Of a stretch of 64,000 nt of DNA, positions 1 through 8,897 are shown piece by piece. The position numbers and the translations under genes are program-made. The stretch lies in the NCBI RefSeq assembly GCF_910588175.1, contig NZ_CAJUQQ010000005.1; one strand, written 5' to 3'. The number at the start of each line of letters is the position of its first letter. The first letter of the stretch is position 1. The notes beneath the pieces are model-generated. The model searched no databases and was not told the DNA's origin. It worked only from the letters and a program-made list of their open reading frames with translations. The DNA comes from an uncultured Oscillibacter sp. (GTDB lineage: Bacteria; Bacillota; Clostridia; Oscillospirales; Oscillospiraceae).

Positions 1-276
1 AATCTCCGCGGAGTGAAAGGCGGAAACAACCAGGAATTCCGCCTCCGGGTCTTCCAGCGCCCGGTCAAAGGAAAAAACCTCCAGCTCCGGCAAGGAGTTC
101 AGATGTCTCCCCTGCTTTCTGGGGTCATTGTCGCAGAAGCCGGAGGGCAGTACATGGTACTCGTTTTTCATCATCCGCGCCGCCAGCACCGTCTCCAAAG
201 ACGCGGGGCAAACATAGAGCCTTTTCCCATCCTTCAATTTTCCGGCAGTCATACTCAGGCAGTCTTTCAACATCAT
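1..276 (-). CDS. partial CDS (first 92 codons; the 3' end lies beyond the window start): uncharacterised enzyme, last visible gene of the flagellin-modification operon
   Basis: ATG at 274-276 has a GGAAGGAG RBS about 7 nt upstream and an ATGA overlap with the stop of 273-1499. The frame is open to position 1, so it is absent from the ORF track (no stop in window). The N-terminus KRLYVCPASLETVLAARMM...FCDNDPRKQG resembles the Rossmann-like leader module of neighbouring enzymes. Confidence 0.45.
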   Translation of the reverse strand, partial: MMLKDCLSMTAGKLKDGKRLYVCPASLETVLAARMMKNEYHVLPSGFCDNDPRKQGRHLNSLPELEVFSFDRALEDPEAEFLVVSAFHSAEI

Positions 277-1499
277 GTGGGTTCTCCTTCCTGCAATCCC
301 GATAGCATCTGTATGGTCTCCTCCAGCTTTTTAATGATACGGTCCAGCTTCTTTCTTGTGGCGGGAGAGCAGCGCAGCCCTTCCTTCCACAGCCACTTTC
401 GGTTATAAACCGAATGCTGAGCGATGAGCATATAACAAAGCCGCCTGCAAAATTCCATTCTCTGCTGATAATTCCGCAGGTTATCATACCTGCCGCTGCC
501 TTGATAGCGCATCAGCCCGTCAAACTTCGGGTGAAACACCAGCTGGGCGGCAAGAACCGCAACGGCTGCTTCATCCTGAACCGGCAGCAGCGCATGGGTA
601 AAATAGCTCTCCAGCCACCCGGCCAATACCGCTTGGGTATACTCGTACAGCGCTTGGTCCACCTCCCCATGCTTCCGGAGAAAATCCATCACAATTTCGT
701 GGGTGCTGTATATGGAATACCGCATCTTTCCCGGCCGCCGGCTCTGTTCCTTCGCTAAGGTCGCGTTTGCCATAATCGACGCATTGGTTCCGGGTCTCCG
801 CAGATATTGGAAGTATTTGTGAGACGTACCGGAGAGGACTCCCATGGCCCGGCTTTTGGAAAGAAGAAATAACGCCAGCAAGAGGTCCGCCGCGAATCTC
901 CCACCCACCATTTCTCTCAGAGCCCGCTCCTCCGTCTTATCCGAAGGAAACAGCTCCGCCCGATAGAGCTTCCCCCATGTCTCATTGAAAAAGGGTTTGT
1001 ACGTCATAAACCGGCTGGTAAACTGATCCTTTGGGATTACGAGATCTTCCTCAATCTGACGCCGCTTAATCAGGGTCCCCTCCCGCTCTCCAGCCTGCTC
1101 CTTCTGAATGATTTCCGTCCCGCAGGCCACAATGTCGAGATGATGTGTTTCCGCCAGCGTAACGCCGCGGTGAAAAAAATCCCGCTCGTATTCGTCGTCC
1201 GCGTCAAGGGCGCACAAATAACTGCCCGGAAAGCGGCTCGCCAATCCGCACATTGCATAGCCGGTCATCCCAACAAAGTTTACTTTCTTGTTCATCACAA
1301 CAAAGCGATTATCTTTTGCCGCGAAATTTTTGATTACGTCAAACGTAGCATTGGGGGCCGCCGCCGTATTCCGGTTCCCATTGGACAGTACAAAGCAAAG
1401 CCAGTTTTCATATGTCTGATCCAATACGCTCTGCATAGCGGCTTCAATTGTGCGCTCGCAGTCAAACGCCTGAATATAACAAATAACTTTTGCGCCCAT
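273..1499 (-). CDS. family 2 (GT-A) glycosyltransferase
   Basis: N-terminal GT2 signature ICYIQAFDCERTIEAAMQSVLDQTYENW...VLSNG and a DxD-like ALDADDEY. Confidence 0.8.
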   Translation of the reverse strand: MGAKVICYIQAFDCERTIEAAMQSVLDQTYENWLCFVLSNGNRNTAAAPNATFDVIKNFAAKDNRFVVMNKKVNFVGMTGYAMCGLASRFPGSYLCALDADDEYERDFFHRGVTLAETHHLDIVACGTEIIQKEQAGEREGTLIKRRQIEEDLVIPKDQFTSRFMTYKPFFNETWGKLYRAELFPSDKTEERALREMVGGRFAADLLLALFLLSKSRAMGVLSGTSHKYFQYLRRPGTNASIMANATLAKEQSRRPGKMRYSIYSTHEIVMDFLRKHGEVDQALYEYTQAVLAGWLESYFTHALLPVQDEAAVAVLAAQLVFHPKFDGLMRYQGSGRYDNLRNYQQRMEFCRRLCYMLIAQHSVYNRKWLWKEGLRCSPATRKKLDRIIKKLEETIQMLSGLQEGEPT

Positions 1500-1635
1500 C
1501 GTAATTTCACTCCTCCCGCTCTTTTCAATTTGCGGGCGCGGAACCTAAAAAGGTTCCTCATTCCATCCCGGTGCCCTGAGCCACATGTCCGCAAATCAAC
1601 GACCATTATATGGGGATATTTTCCCACCGTTCTTC

Positions 1636-2976
1636 TCAGGGCATTTGCTTATAGAACCTCTCGACCAGCCGGGCCTGCCGGATGCTGAAGGAATCCGGAA
1701 ACAATACTCCCTCTATCCCATTTTCCGCCAGCAGCTTTTTAAACCGAGCGACCTCAAAGATGGATCTGCGTTCGGTATACAGGTCCATCGTATGCAGATG
1801 GTCCTGGCTCAGAAGCAGTTCCGTCAGTCCCAGTTTCTTCAGCAGCTTGATCATGCCAAGGTAATCCTCTCTTGTCGTGTTGAAGCCGGGCATCACGATA
1901 TATTTTAAGATCACCCGGCCATTTTGGGCATATCTTCCGAGGTTCTCAACAACCTTGTCAAAAAAGTTAAAGCCCTTCATCAGAAGATAGCTCTCCGGCG
2001 TACCGGCATCCAAGTCGCACATGAGCTCGCTTTTTGGATTCTGCGCTAGGGCCTGGGCAATCCCTTCATTGTAAACGATGCAATTGGAGAGGAACTTATG
2101 CTGGTACTGCGGATGCTTCAGGGCAAAATCCAGCAGCTCTTTTCTCGCGGGAGAAACGGAAATCTCTCCTCCGGCGTATCCTATCCGCACATCAGGGGCC
2201 AGCAGGCCGCAGTCATCCAGATAGCGCAGGGTGGAGAAAAACAACTTGCCGTAGCCCTTCGCGTCATAGGGCAGTTTTTTCAGGTCTGTTTCTAAAACGC
2301 CGGAGCAATAAATGCATTCCGCGTTGCAATGGGCGGTAGCGGAAAAGTATACGTTTTTCAACCGGATCTCTTTTTCAACCGGGCGGTCCTCAAGGTGCGG
2401 ACAGTCGGCGCAGTAGGCGGGCACTTCGCCTTCCAAAGCCTTCTTATGGTAATGCCTCAGCTTTTCAACATAATTTTGAGCAATCTGTTCCGGCGGTGTG
2501 CCGGGCTCCAGCGTCTCCACATTAAAGGAACGGTTCTCTCCCCAATAGCAGCATTGAATGAAGGAGCCGCTCCCCAGCTGCGTGGTTCCAAACAGGCTCT
2601 CGCAGTAACATTTCGCAGAAGGCACGGTAACCCAATTTATAAAGCTCCAGTCAACAACACATGACTTCTCCACCCCGGCTGCCGTCAGGCTGGACACAAT
2701 CTCCGGGAAATCCTTTGTGTTGGAAATCGTAATGACAACCTTCAGCTCTTTGCCAAACGTATGGACCGCCGTGTCAATGGAGTAAATTGGAAGGGCTCCG
2801 AATTCCGTCTTCACCGTTCCCTGTTTATATTTATCTATGAACCCCACAATATGGATTCCTAAACGCCGGTAGGAGTCTACCACCATGCGTCCGATCAGTC
2901 CCGCGCCATAGCACAGCACTTTATTGGGAGCTTGGAAATCCTCCAGCCGCAGATTCTTCAGCTGCTCCTGTGTCAT
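1636..2976 (-). CDS. radical SAM enzyme with an N-terminal Rossmann-like module
   Basis: CxxxCxxC cluster motif in SATAHCNAECIYCSG. N-terminal VLCYGAGLIGRMVVDSYRRLGIHIVGFID. Extra Cys-rich stretch CYCESLF...QCCYWG. Confidence 0.7.
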   Translation of the reverse strand: MTQEQLKNLRLEDFQAPNKVLCYGAGLIGRMVVDSYRRLGIHIVGFIDKYKQGTVKTEFGALPIYSIDTAVHTFGKELKVVITISNTKDFPEIVSSLTAAGVEKSCVVDWSFINWVTVPSAKCYCESLFGTTQLGSGSFIQCCYWGENRSFNVETLEPGTPPEQIAQNYVEKLRHYHKKALEGEVPAYCADCPHLEDRPVEKEIRLKNVYFSATAHCNAECIYCSGVLETDLKKLPYDAKGYGKLFFSTLRYLDDCGLLAPDVRIGYAGGEISVSPARKELLDFALKHPQYQHKFLSNCIVYNEGIAQALAQNPKSELMCDLDAGTPESYLLMKGFNFFDKVVENLGRYAQNGRVILKYIVMPGFNTTREDYLGMIKLLKKLGLTELLLSQDHLHTMDLYTERRSIFEVARFKKLLAENGIEGVLFPDSFSIRQARLVERFYKQMP

Positions 2977-3167
2977 AGCGGCCTCCCCTCCAGCCGTGCG
3001 CGGCTGAAAGCGGGCCGTTGCTCACTGGTCTTTAAGAGGCGTTTTCTAAACGCCTCTTCCGTTCTCCCTTGGGGGAACGGAAAAATTTCATATCTCCTCA
3101 CAGCGATATCCTCCCCTTTTCTTCCGCCGCATTGCGGCAGCAGTATAAAGTGCTCTCCCAGCAGGAC

Positions 3168-3807
3168 TCAGTGCCGAACGATCATCACACTGTGGAACTC
3201 GTCCGCAACCGGAATGGGAATGATTCCGGCCGCGCCGCAAAATTCGTCCACCGCGCGTCCCGCTCCAACTCCAGAAAACCCATAATCATGCACAAAAATC
3301 ATCCCCATGCGTGCCATGCGGGGGTAGAAGTATTTCAAGCCCTCAAGAATCGGCGTATACAGGTCCGCGTCAATGGAGACAAACGCAAACCGGACATTCT
3401 CCCCCATCCCTTCTGTCGTATCGGGGAAATAGCCCTTCTTCACAACGCACTTCTCCGGAAACGGCATCCTGCTGAGTACGGTCTGCACGCTGGTATCCTT
3501 CACCAGCTCCTTGATCGCGGCCGCGTTTATTTTGGAAAGATCATATTGCCGGTCTGCCGCGATATCACGTCCGTCAAACCCTTCAAACGTGTCAAACAGG
3601 TACAGTGCGCTCTCTGGAAACGCCTCGTTGATCAGCCTCGTTGATCAGCCGCGCAAAATCCCCCCGGAAAACGCCCAGCTCCGCGTTCCGGTCTATACAG
3701 CCGACGATTTCCGCGCGGTCTCCAGTAAAGAGCGTCAAAACCCCCTCAAATCCTCCGCCAAGACCATATATAACCAGCTGTGTTTTTCTCATTGCTCTTA
3801 CCACCAT
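3168..3807 (-). pseudogene. TylF/MycF-type SAM-dependent O-methyltransferase, frameshifted by a 13-bp tandem duplication
   Basis: ORF fragments 3592-3807 and 3168-3503 join in frame with no stop if one copy of CCTCGTTGATCAG is removed. The restored sequence reads ...ELGVFRGDFARLINEAFPESALYLFDTFEGFDGRD...FVSIDADLY...MIFVHDYG...AVDEF, which are TylF-family motifs. Confidence 0.75.
3623..3648. repeat. perfect 13-bp tandem duplication CCTCGTTGATCAG x2 (not a multiple of 3)
   Basis: Read directly: 3623-3635 is identical to 3636-3648. It lies inside the methyltransferase reading frame. Confidence 0.95.
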
Positions 3808-3813
3808 ATTTGC

Positions 3814-4611
3814 TTACTTCTCCTGCTCCGCCGCGCCGTGGCGCGCCGCGGAATCTCCGCTTTTCCAGGTGCAGTAATGGCAGGATTTCCGGGGATAGTC
3901 ATAGAACCGTCGAATCGTCTCCCGCTTTTCCTCCCGCGTCGTGCTGTCGTGGAGTTCTACATAGTCCCCCCGGTTGGGTACGCAGACGCCCAGTTCCGAG
4001 AGAAAGAGCGAGTTGCTGCACCGGTGGAGCTTTCCGCAAAAGACATGCATATTCTCCAGCCGAACCTGCGCGCACTGGGCGGCCTGCCGCGTTACATAGT
4101 CGTCCGGTTCCAGCAGGTCCCGGCAGGCCGTGTTGTCAATCCAGCCGCCAAAGTGCTGGTCCCCGAGATCACCGTAATATTTTTTCAGGACATACTCTAT
4201 ATGATTCTCTTCCAAAATCGCGGCAAACCGGTCCCGGGCTTTGGAAAGGTCCCCATAATCGCTGATCATCACCTTGAGCTTCCTTCCATAGGACAGCAGG
4301 CTCCGCAGTTCCTTGTCCGTGGGGAGAACCGTGGCGTTGGTCTCGACAATCAGCCGGTCGAAGCGGCCGTCGTATTGCTTGCAGTAATCAAACACCTCAT
4401 CCAGGTGCTTATGGGTAAAAATTTCCCCGCCCACAAATTGCAGCCATTCGATGTGATCGAACAAGGCAAACAAGGCGTCAATATCCGCTTTCATCTCCTC
4501 CACAGAGGCTCGGGGCGGATTTTGAAAAGCCGGCATGTGGTTGGAACACAGCCGGCAGCGCAGAGTGCAGACAAAGGTAGGGACAATAGACATACGCTTT
4601 GTTTTCAGCAT
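3814..4611 (-). CDS. radical SAM enzyme (small, Cys-rich C-terminus)
   Basis: CxxxCxxC in PTFVCTLRCRLCSNH. Additional Cys pairs CGKLHRC and CHYC. Start chosen at ATG 4609-4611 (MLKTKRM), with GGAGGA 10 nt upstream; the track ORF starts at 4659 and would overlap the upstream gene by 32 nt. Confidence 0.7.
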   Translation of the reverse strand: MLKTKRMSIVPTFVCTLRCRLCSNHMPAFQNPPRASVEEMKADIDALFALFDHIEWLQFVGGEIFTHKHLDEVFDYCKQYDGRFDRLIVETNATVLPTDKELRSLLSYGRKLKVMISDYGDLSKARDRFAAILEENHIEYVLKKYYGDLGDQHFGGWIDNTACRDLLEPDDYVTRQAAQCAQVRLENMHVFCGKLHRCSNSLFLSELGVCVPNRGDYVELHDSTTREEKRETIRRFYDYPRKSCHYCTWKSGDSAARHGAAEQEK

Positions 4612-4627
4612 TTTAAACATTCCTCCA

Positions 4628-5629
4628 TCAAACCGCGTAGAGTACCGTCTCATCCGCAAGCATGCTGTGATGCCGTAAATACAGCTTATAATCCGGATGG
4701 CAGCTCAGAATGAAACTCGGGATTTCCCACATATCCTCCGGTTTGTGATACACGCAAATGGCCAGCTTGGGGCGCTGCTCCCGGATGATTCGCTCCGCGC
4801 CCCGGAGGGCCGCCAGTTCGGAGCCCTCAATGTCCATCTTCAGGAAGGTCACAGGACGGTTTTCCAGCAGGTCGTCCAGACGGCGGACCTCAATTTCAAT
4901 GTCTCCCGACTCCGAAACTCTTGCGCCGCCCTCGCTGCCCTCCTGCGGGTCAAAGCGCAGCGTTGTATTCTTATCATACGCTCCATAGGGGAACAGTTCC
5001 GCCTGGGGATAATCCCGCAAGCTTTCCCGCGTAATTTGAAACTGCTTGGGGTTTGGCTCGAGAACATACGCGTGGCCGTCCTCAAAATGCTTCAAAAAAT
5101 ATTCTGTCGTGCTGCCATCCAAGGCGCCTACATCGGCGAAGAACTCGCCGCGCATACCCGGGCACATCGTCCAAATCTCAAAATATTGCGGCTCTTGAAG
5201 ACAGTCGAAAAACGCGAAATCATATTTGATTCCATACCGGTCCAATTTTGCCCTGATTTCATGCTGCGCAAGTTCCTTGCCCACGGTGATCAGCACCATA
5301 TACTCCTTAAAATCCGGCAGCTTCAAAAACTCCTCAAAGGAAATAACCGGATATCCCTCCAGCATACCGGTCCTGTATGTGTCAATGAAGAAGGACGCTT
5401 TTATACCATTCTGCGCCGCAACCTGTCCGCCCTTTCCCGCGCCGTAAAAACATACTTTCGAGGTATTTCCATACTCCCAAGCAGACGAATTTCCCCCAAC
5501 TATCCAATTGATTTCCTCGTTCTCGTGAAAGAACGAGTACAACAGCCGGTGCTTATAAATTTTCCTGGACGTTTCATCCTGCAAAGCGTCGTAAATTTTC
5601 TGAAATTCTTCCGCGTCAGGCAGTCTCAT
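4628..5629 (-). CDS. FkbM-family methyltransferase
   Basis: FADVGALDGSTTEYF, YVLEPNP, FLKMDIEGSELAALRGA and AICVYHKPEDMWEIP are typical FkbM motifs. N-terminal VCFYGAGKGG...FFID module. Confidence 0.85.
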   Translation of the reverse strand: MRLPDAEEFQKIYDALQDETSRKIYKHRLLYSFFHENEEINWIVGGNSSAWEYGNTSKVCFYGAGKGGQVAAQNGIKASFFIDTYRTGMLEGYPVISFEEFLKLPDFKEYMVLITVGKELAQHEIRAKLDRYGIKYDFAFFDCLQEPQYFEIWTMCPGMRGEFFADVGALDGSTTEYFLKHFEDGHAYVLEPNPKQFQITRESLRDYPQAELFPYGAYDKNTTLRFDPQEGSEGGARVSESGDIEIEVRRLDDLLENRPVTFLKMDIEGSELAALRGAERIIREQRPKLAICVYHKPEDMWEIPSFILSCHPDYKLYLRHHSMLADETVLYAV

Positions 5630-6528
5630 ACAATATATTCTCCCATCCAGTCTTTTTCAAAATCCAAAATTTCCGGCGCGTTCAAAAACGCCTCCCGGTT
5701 GGCCCGGAGCTCCGCCTTCATGGCCGCCAGCTCCGTCTCGCAGCCCGGGATTTCCAGCCGGGTGATCTTCTCCACCATGGAGATCATAAAGGACCACTCG
5801 AAGTACCGCCACACCGCCCCGCTCTCCGGGAACAGGCCGCCCAGCCACTCCGTCCGCGTCCGGTAGGCCGTCAGATACTCCTCCAGCGTCTCCCGGTTCA
5901 GCAGGGAATGGTTGGTGGTCCAGGCGGAATTGTTGCCCTCGTGGCGGCGGAAGGTGTACTTGGGCAGGCCGTGATAGGCCACCCGCTTCGCCCCCGCCAG
6001 CAGCTTGTACATCAGGGCAATGTCGTCATAGCTCCCCTCCTCCGGGAAGCGGAGGTCCTCCGCCAGCTCCCGGCGGAAGAGCTTTGTGGGAAAGGCCATG
6101 TTGTACTTCTTCCGCCACATCAGCTCCACCAGGGCCTCTTCGGCGGTCATCACCTTCTTCTCGTCAAAGACCTTGTCCGCCGCGCCGCAGATGGCCACGT
6201 CCGCGCCGTTCTCCTCCAGAAGCGACCGCAGAAACTCCAGGAAATCCGGCTCCGCCCAGTCGTCATCGTCGATGAAGGTGATGTACGCGCCCCGGGCGGC
6301 GTCCAGGCCGGTGTTCCGGCCCGCGCCGATGTTGCCCCGCTCCCGGTGAATCACCCGGACCCGGGGGTCCCGGGCGGCATAGGAATCGGCGATTTCGCCG
6401 CTGCGGTCCGTGGAGCCGTTGTCCACGATCACAAACTCAAAGTCCCGGCAGGTCTGATTCAGAATGCTCTCAATGGCCTGGGAAACCAGGGTCTCCCGGT
6501 TATAGGCCAGCATAATGACGGAGATCAT
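5626..6528 (-). CDS. family 2 glycosyltransferase
   Basis: ISVIMLAYNRETLVSQAIESILNQTCRDFEFVIVDNGSTD...FIDDDDW. Start set at MISVIM (ATGA overlap with the rfbF stop) rather than the track start at 6615. Confidence 0.85.
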   Translation of the reverse strand: MISVIMLAYNRETLVSQAIESILNQTCRDFEFVIVDNGSTDRSGEIADSYAARDPRVRVIHRERGNIGAGRNTGLDAARGAYITFIDDDDWAEPDFLEFLRSLLEENGADVAICGAADKVFDEKKVMTAEEALVELMWRKKYNMAFPTKLFRRELAEDLRFPEEGSYDDIALMYKLLAGAKRVAYHGLPKYTFRRHEGNNSAWTTNHSLLNRETLEEYLTAYRTRTEWLGGLFPESGAVWRYFEWSFMISMVEKITRLEIPGCETELAAMKAELRANREAFLNAPEILDFEKDWMGEYIV

Positions 6529-7316
6529 CGTTCTTCCTCCCAAATCTTCCAGGGGGCGCGGCCGGCCGCCCACAGCCCCTCCAGCATTCCCTTGTCCCGC
6601 TGGGTGTCCATGCACTGCCAGAAGCCGGGGTGCTTGTAAATGCCCAGCTTCCCCTCCGCCGCCAGGGTTTCCAGGGGGCGGCGCTCCAAAACGCAGCCCT
6701 CGTTGGCGGAGAGATACGGAAAGACCTCCGGCTCCATCACCATAAAGCCGCCGTTGATCCAGCCGCCGTCCTCCTTGGCCTTCTCCCGGAAGCCGGAGAC
6801 CGTGGTCCCCTCCTCGTCCAGGTCCAGCACGCCGAAGCGGCCCCCGGGCTGGATGCCCGTCAGGGTCACCGTCTTTCCGGAGGACTGGTGCTGGCGCAAA
6901 AGCGCGTTCAGGTCCACGTCGCCGACCCCGTCGCCGTAGGTCAGCAGGAAGGGCTCCTCCCCCAGGTATTTCTGGACGCGCTTAATCCGCCCGCCGGTCT
7001 GGGTGTTCAGCCCCGTGTCCACCAGCGTCACCCGCCAGGGCTCCGCCACATTGGCGTGGACCGTCATCCGGTTTTCCGCCGAGAAGTCGAAGGTCACGTC
7101 GGAACGGTGCAGGTAGTAATCCGCGAAATACTCCTTGATGATGTGGCCCTTATAGCCGCAGCAGATCACAAAATCGTGGAAGCCGAAGCCGGAATAATAC
7201 TTCATAATGTGCCACAAGATCGGCTGTCCGCCGATCTCGATCATGGGCTTCGGCTTCAGGTGGCTCTCCTCGCTGATGCGGGTGCCCAGGCCGCCCGCCA
7301 GAATCACAACCTTCAT
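6525..7316 (-). CDS. rfbF: glucose-1-phosphate cytidylyltransferase
   Basis: MKVVILAGGLGTRISEESHLKPKPMIEIGGQPILWHIMKYYS..., about 263 aa. Start at MKVV (ATGA overlap with the upstream stop), not the track start at 7409. Confidence 0.9.
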   Translation of the reverse strand: MKVVILAGGLGTRISEESHLKPKPMIEIGGQPILWHIMKYYSGFGFHDFVICCGYKGHIIKEYFADYYLHRSDVTFDFSAENRMTVHANVAEPWRVTLVDTGLNTQTGGRIKRVQKYLGEEPFLLTYGDGVGDVDLNALLRQHQSSGKTVTLTGIQPGGRFGVLDLDEEGTTVSGFREKAKEDGGWINGGFMVMEPEVFPYLSANEGCVLERRPLETLAAEGKLGIYKHPGFWQCMDTQRDKGMLEGLWAAGRAPWKIWEEER

Positions 7317-8893
7317 TCCGTCTCCTCTCCCCATGCTTCCCGCAGGGCGGCGGCTTCCGGAAGGCCTCCGGCGCCCATCTCCTCCAGCTCCGCCACCAGT
7401 GCCCGGCACTCCTCCCGCCGGTTCTCCCGCCGGTACAGCTCCGCCAGGCGGAGCTTTCCAAACAGGAAGGCCGGGACCTGATTCTCCAGGGCCGCCAGGG
7501 TGAGGTACAGCCGGAGAAGCGCCTCCTCGCTCTTCACCGGTCCTCCCGCCGTCAAAAGCCCCGTCATCTGGTCCAGGGCCACCAGGCAGCCGCCGTTGAA
7601 AACCAGCCTGGCGATATCGTTGTGGTCCTGGAAAAACCGGGGGTCCTCCACCTGCCGCAGGGGGGAATCCTCCGGGAGGAGGCCGCGCAGCAGGCCGCCG
7701 GACCGCTCCGGCCGCTCCTCGGTCCGCGTCCGCTCCAAGAGCCGCCGGGCCAGGCCCTCCTTGTCGTTTCGAAGCAGGAGGCCGCGCAGCGTCTCATCCT
7801 CGGCGAACAGTTCCAATTGCGCTGGGGCGGTCACCGCCCCAGCGCAGTCCTGGGCCAGCAGGCCCAGGACTGTCCGCGCCGCCTCCACATCGGTAAGCCG
7901 GCCGTCCCGGAGCACTTCGCTGGCGATGTTCCACACGTAAGCGCACCACTTTTCCCGATCCGGACAGTCATAGGTCAGCGCCTCCATCGTCAGCGGATGC
8001 GCGACGATTTTGGCGCAGTCTCTCATCTTCTGATCGCCAGGAAGGGGGGTATGCCGCAAAACATCCAGGGTCGACAGCATTTCGAAGAGATGCCGTTCCC
8101 GCAGATAATCCTCCATGACATCCAGGACGCCATGACAGCGGAAAAATTCCTCAAGCCGCTGATGGAAGTAGAGATTGGACTCAAAATAGTTCTCAGAATA
8201 GCGGCGGGACAAGCTTGTCCCGTACTGCCGGTAATGATACGGGGCAAATTCGTTGATACCGATGCGTCGGCAATGGTCCGCGTAATTCAGCATCATCAGG
8301 GTATCGCTCCGCCAGTTCAATCCCCGTATCCAAATCTCCATGTTCTTGGGATCGCTCTCCGTCTCCAAAAACTTATCCAGGGGACGGAGACTCGCCCAAA
8401 GCGCCCCGGCGTAAGGCCCCGCCACGGGATAATTCCGGGCAAATTCCTCCAGGGTCAGAATCATGGGCGCGTCCAATTTCCGCAAAACCCGGGAGACCCC
8501 GTATCCGCTGCCGGGCGCCTGGTAATAGTTCACCGCCCCGGTCAACGCGAGGTCCAGATCGTTTTCCTCCGCGAAGGGCACCAGGCGCTCCAGATAGTCC
8601 AAATCCCACCAGTCGTCGGAGTCCAGATAAGCGAAGTATTTCCCGGTTCCCTCCCGGCGCACGGTGCCGTAAAGCAGATTGGGGACGGAACCGTTGACGT
8701 CGATATAGACCGGGATAATCCGCTTGTCCCGCTCCGCGTAGCTCCGGATGACTTCCCGGGTGTTGTCGGTGCTGCCGTGGTCAATCAAAATCCACTCAAA
8801 ATCCGTATAGGTCTGGTTCAGCACGCTTTCCACGCACTGCGTCAGATACTCCCCCGGGTTGTACGCCTGGGTATAGATGGTCACCTTCGGCAT
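7313..8893 (-). CDS. family 2 glycosyltransferase with a long alpha-helical C-terminal extension
   Basis: KVTIYTQAYNPGEYLTQCVESVLNQTYTDFEWILIDHGSTD...YLDSDDWW. Start at MPKV (ATG 8891-8893), with GGAGGTG 5 nt upstream. Confidence 0.8.
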   Translation of the reverse strand: MPKVTIYTQAYNPGEYLTQCVESVLNQTYTDFEWILIDHGSTDNTREVIRSYAERDKRIIPVYIDVNGSVPNLLYGTVRREGTGKYFAYLDSDDWWDLDYLERLVPFAEENDLDLALTGAVNYYQAPGSGYGVSRVLRKLDAPMILTLEEFARNYPVAGPYAGALWASLRPLDKFLETESDPKNMEIWIRGLNWRSDTLMMLNYADHCRRIGINEFAPYHYRQYGTSLSRRYSENYFESNLYFHQRLEEFFRCHGVLDVMEDYLRERHLFEMLSTLDVLRHTPLPGDQKMRDCAKIVAHPLTMEALTYDCPDREKWCAYVWNIASEVLRDGRLTDVEAARTVLGLLAQDCAGAVTAPAQLELFAEDETLRGLLLRNDKEGLARRLLERTRTEERPERSGGLLRGLLPEDSPLRQVEDPRFFQDHNDIARLVFNGGCLVALDQMTGLLTAGGPVKSEEALLRLYLTLAALENQVPAFLFGKLRLAELYRRENRREECRALVAELEEMGAGGLPEAAALREAWGEETE

Positions 8894-8897
8894 GGAC

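Noticed and set aside
13-487. Track ORFs 13-408 (+) and 125-487 (-) at the left edge.
   Set aside because: They overlap the GT2 gene end and the partial minus-strand CDS, which has an RBS and an ATGA coupling. Their sequences are Arg/Ser/Cys-rich with no motifs.
6528-6615. N-terminal extensions given by the ORF track (6615, 7409, 8908, 44038, 47685, 61269, 63197, 63435, 17437, 44593).
   Set aside because: The upstream in-frame Met/Val codons lack RBSs and add Gly/Arg/Pro-rich junk. The conserved family N-termini coincide with internal ATGs that have RBSs or ATGA overlaps.
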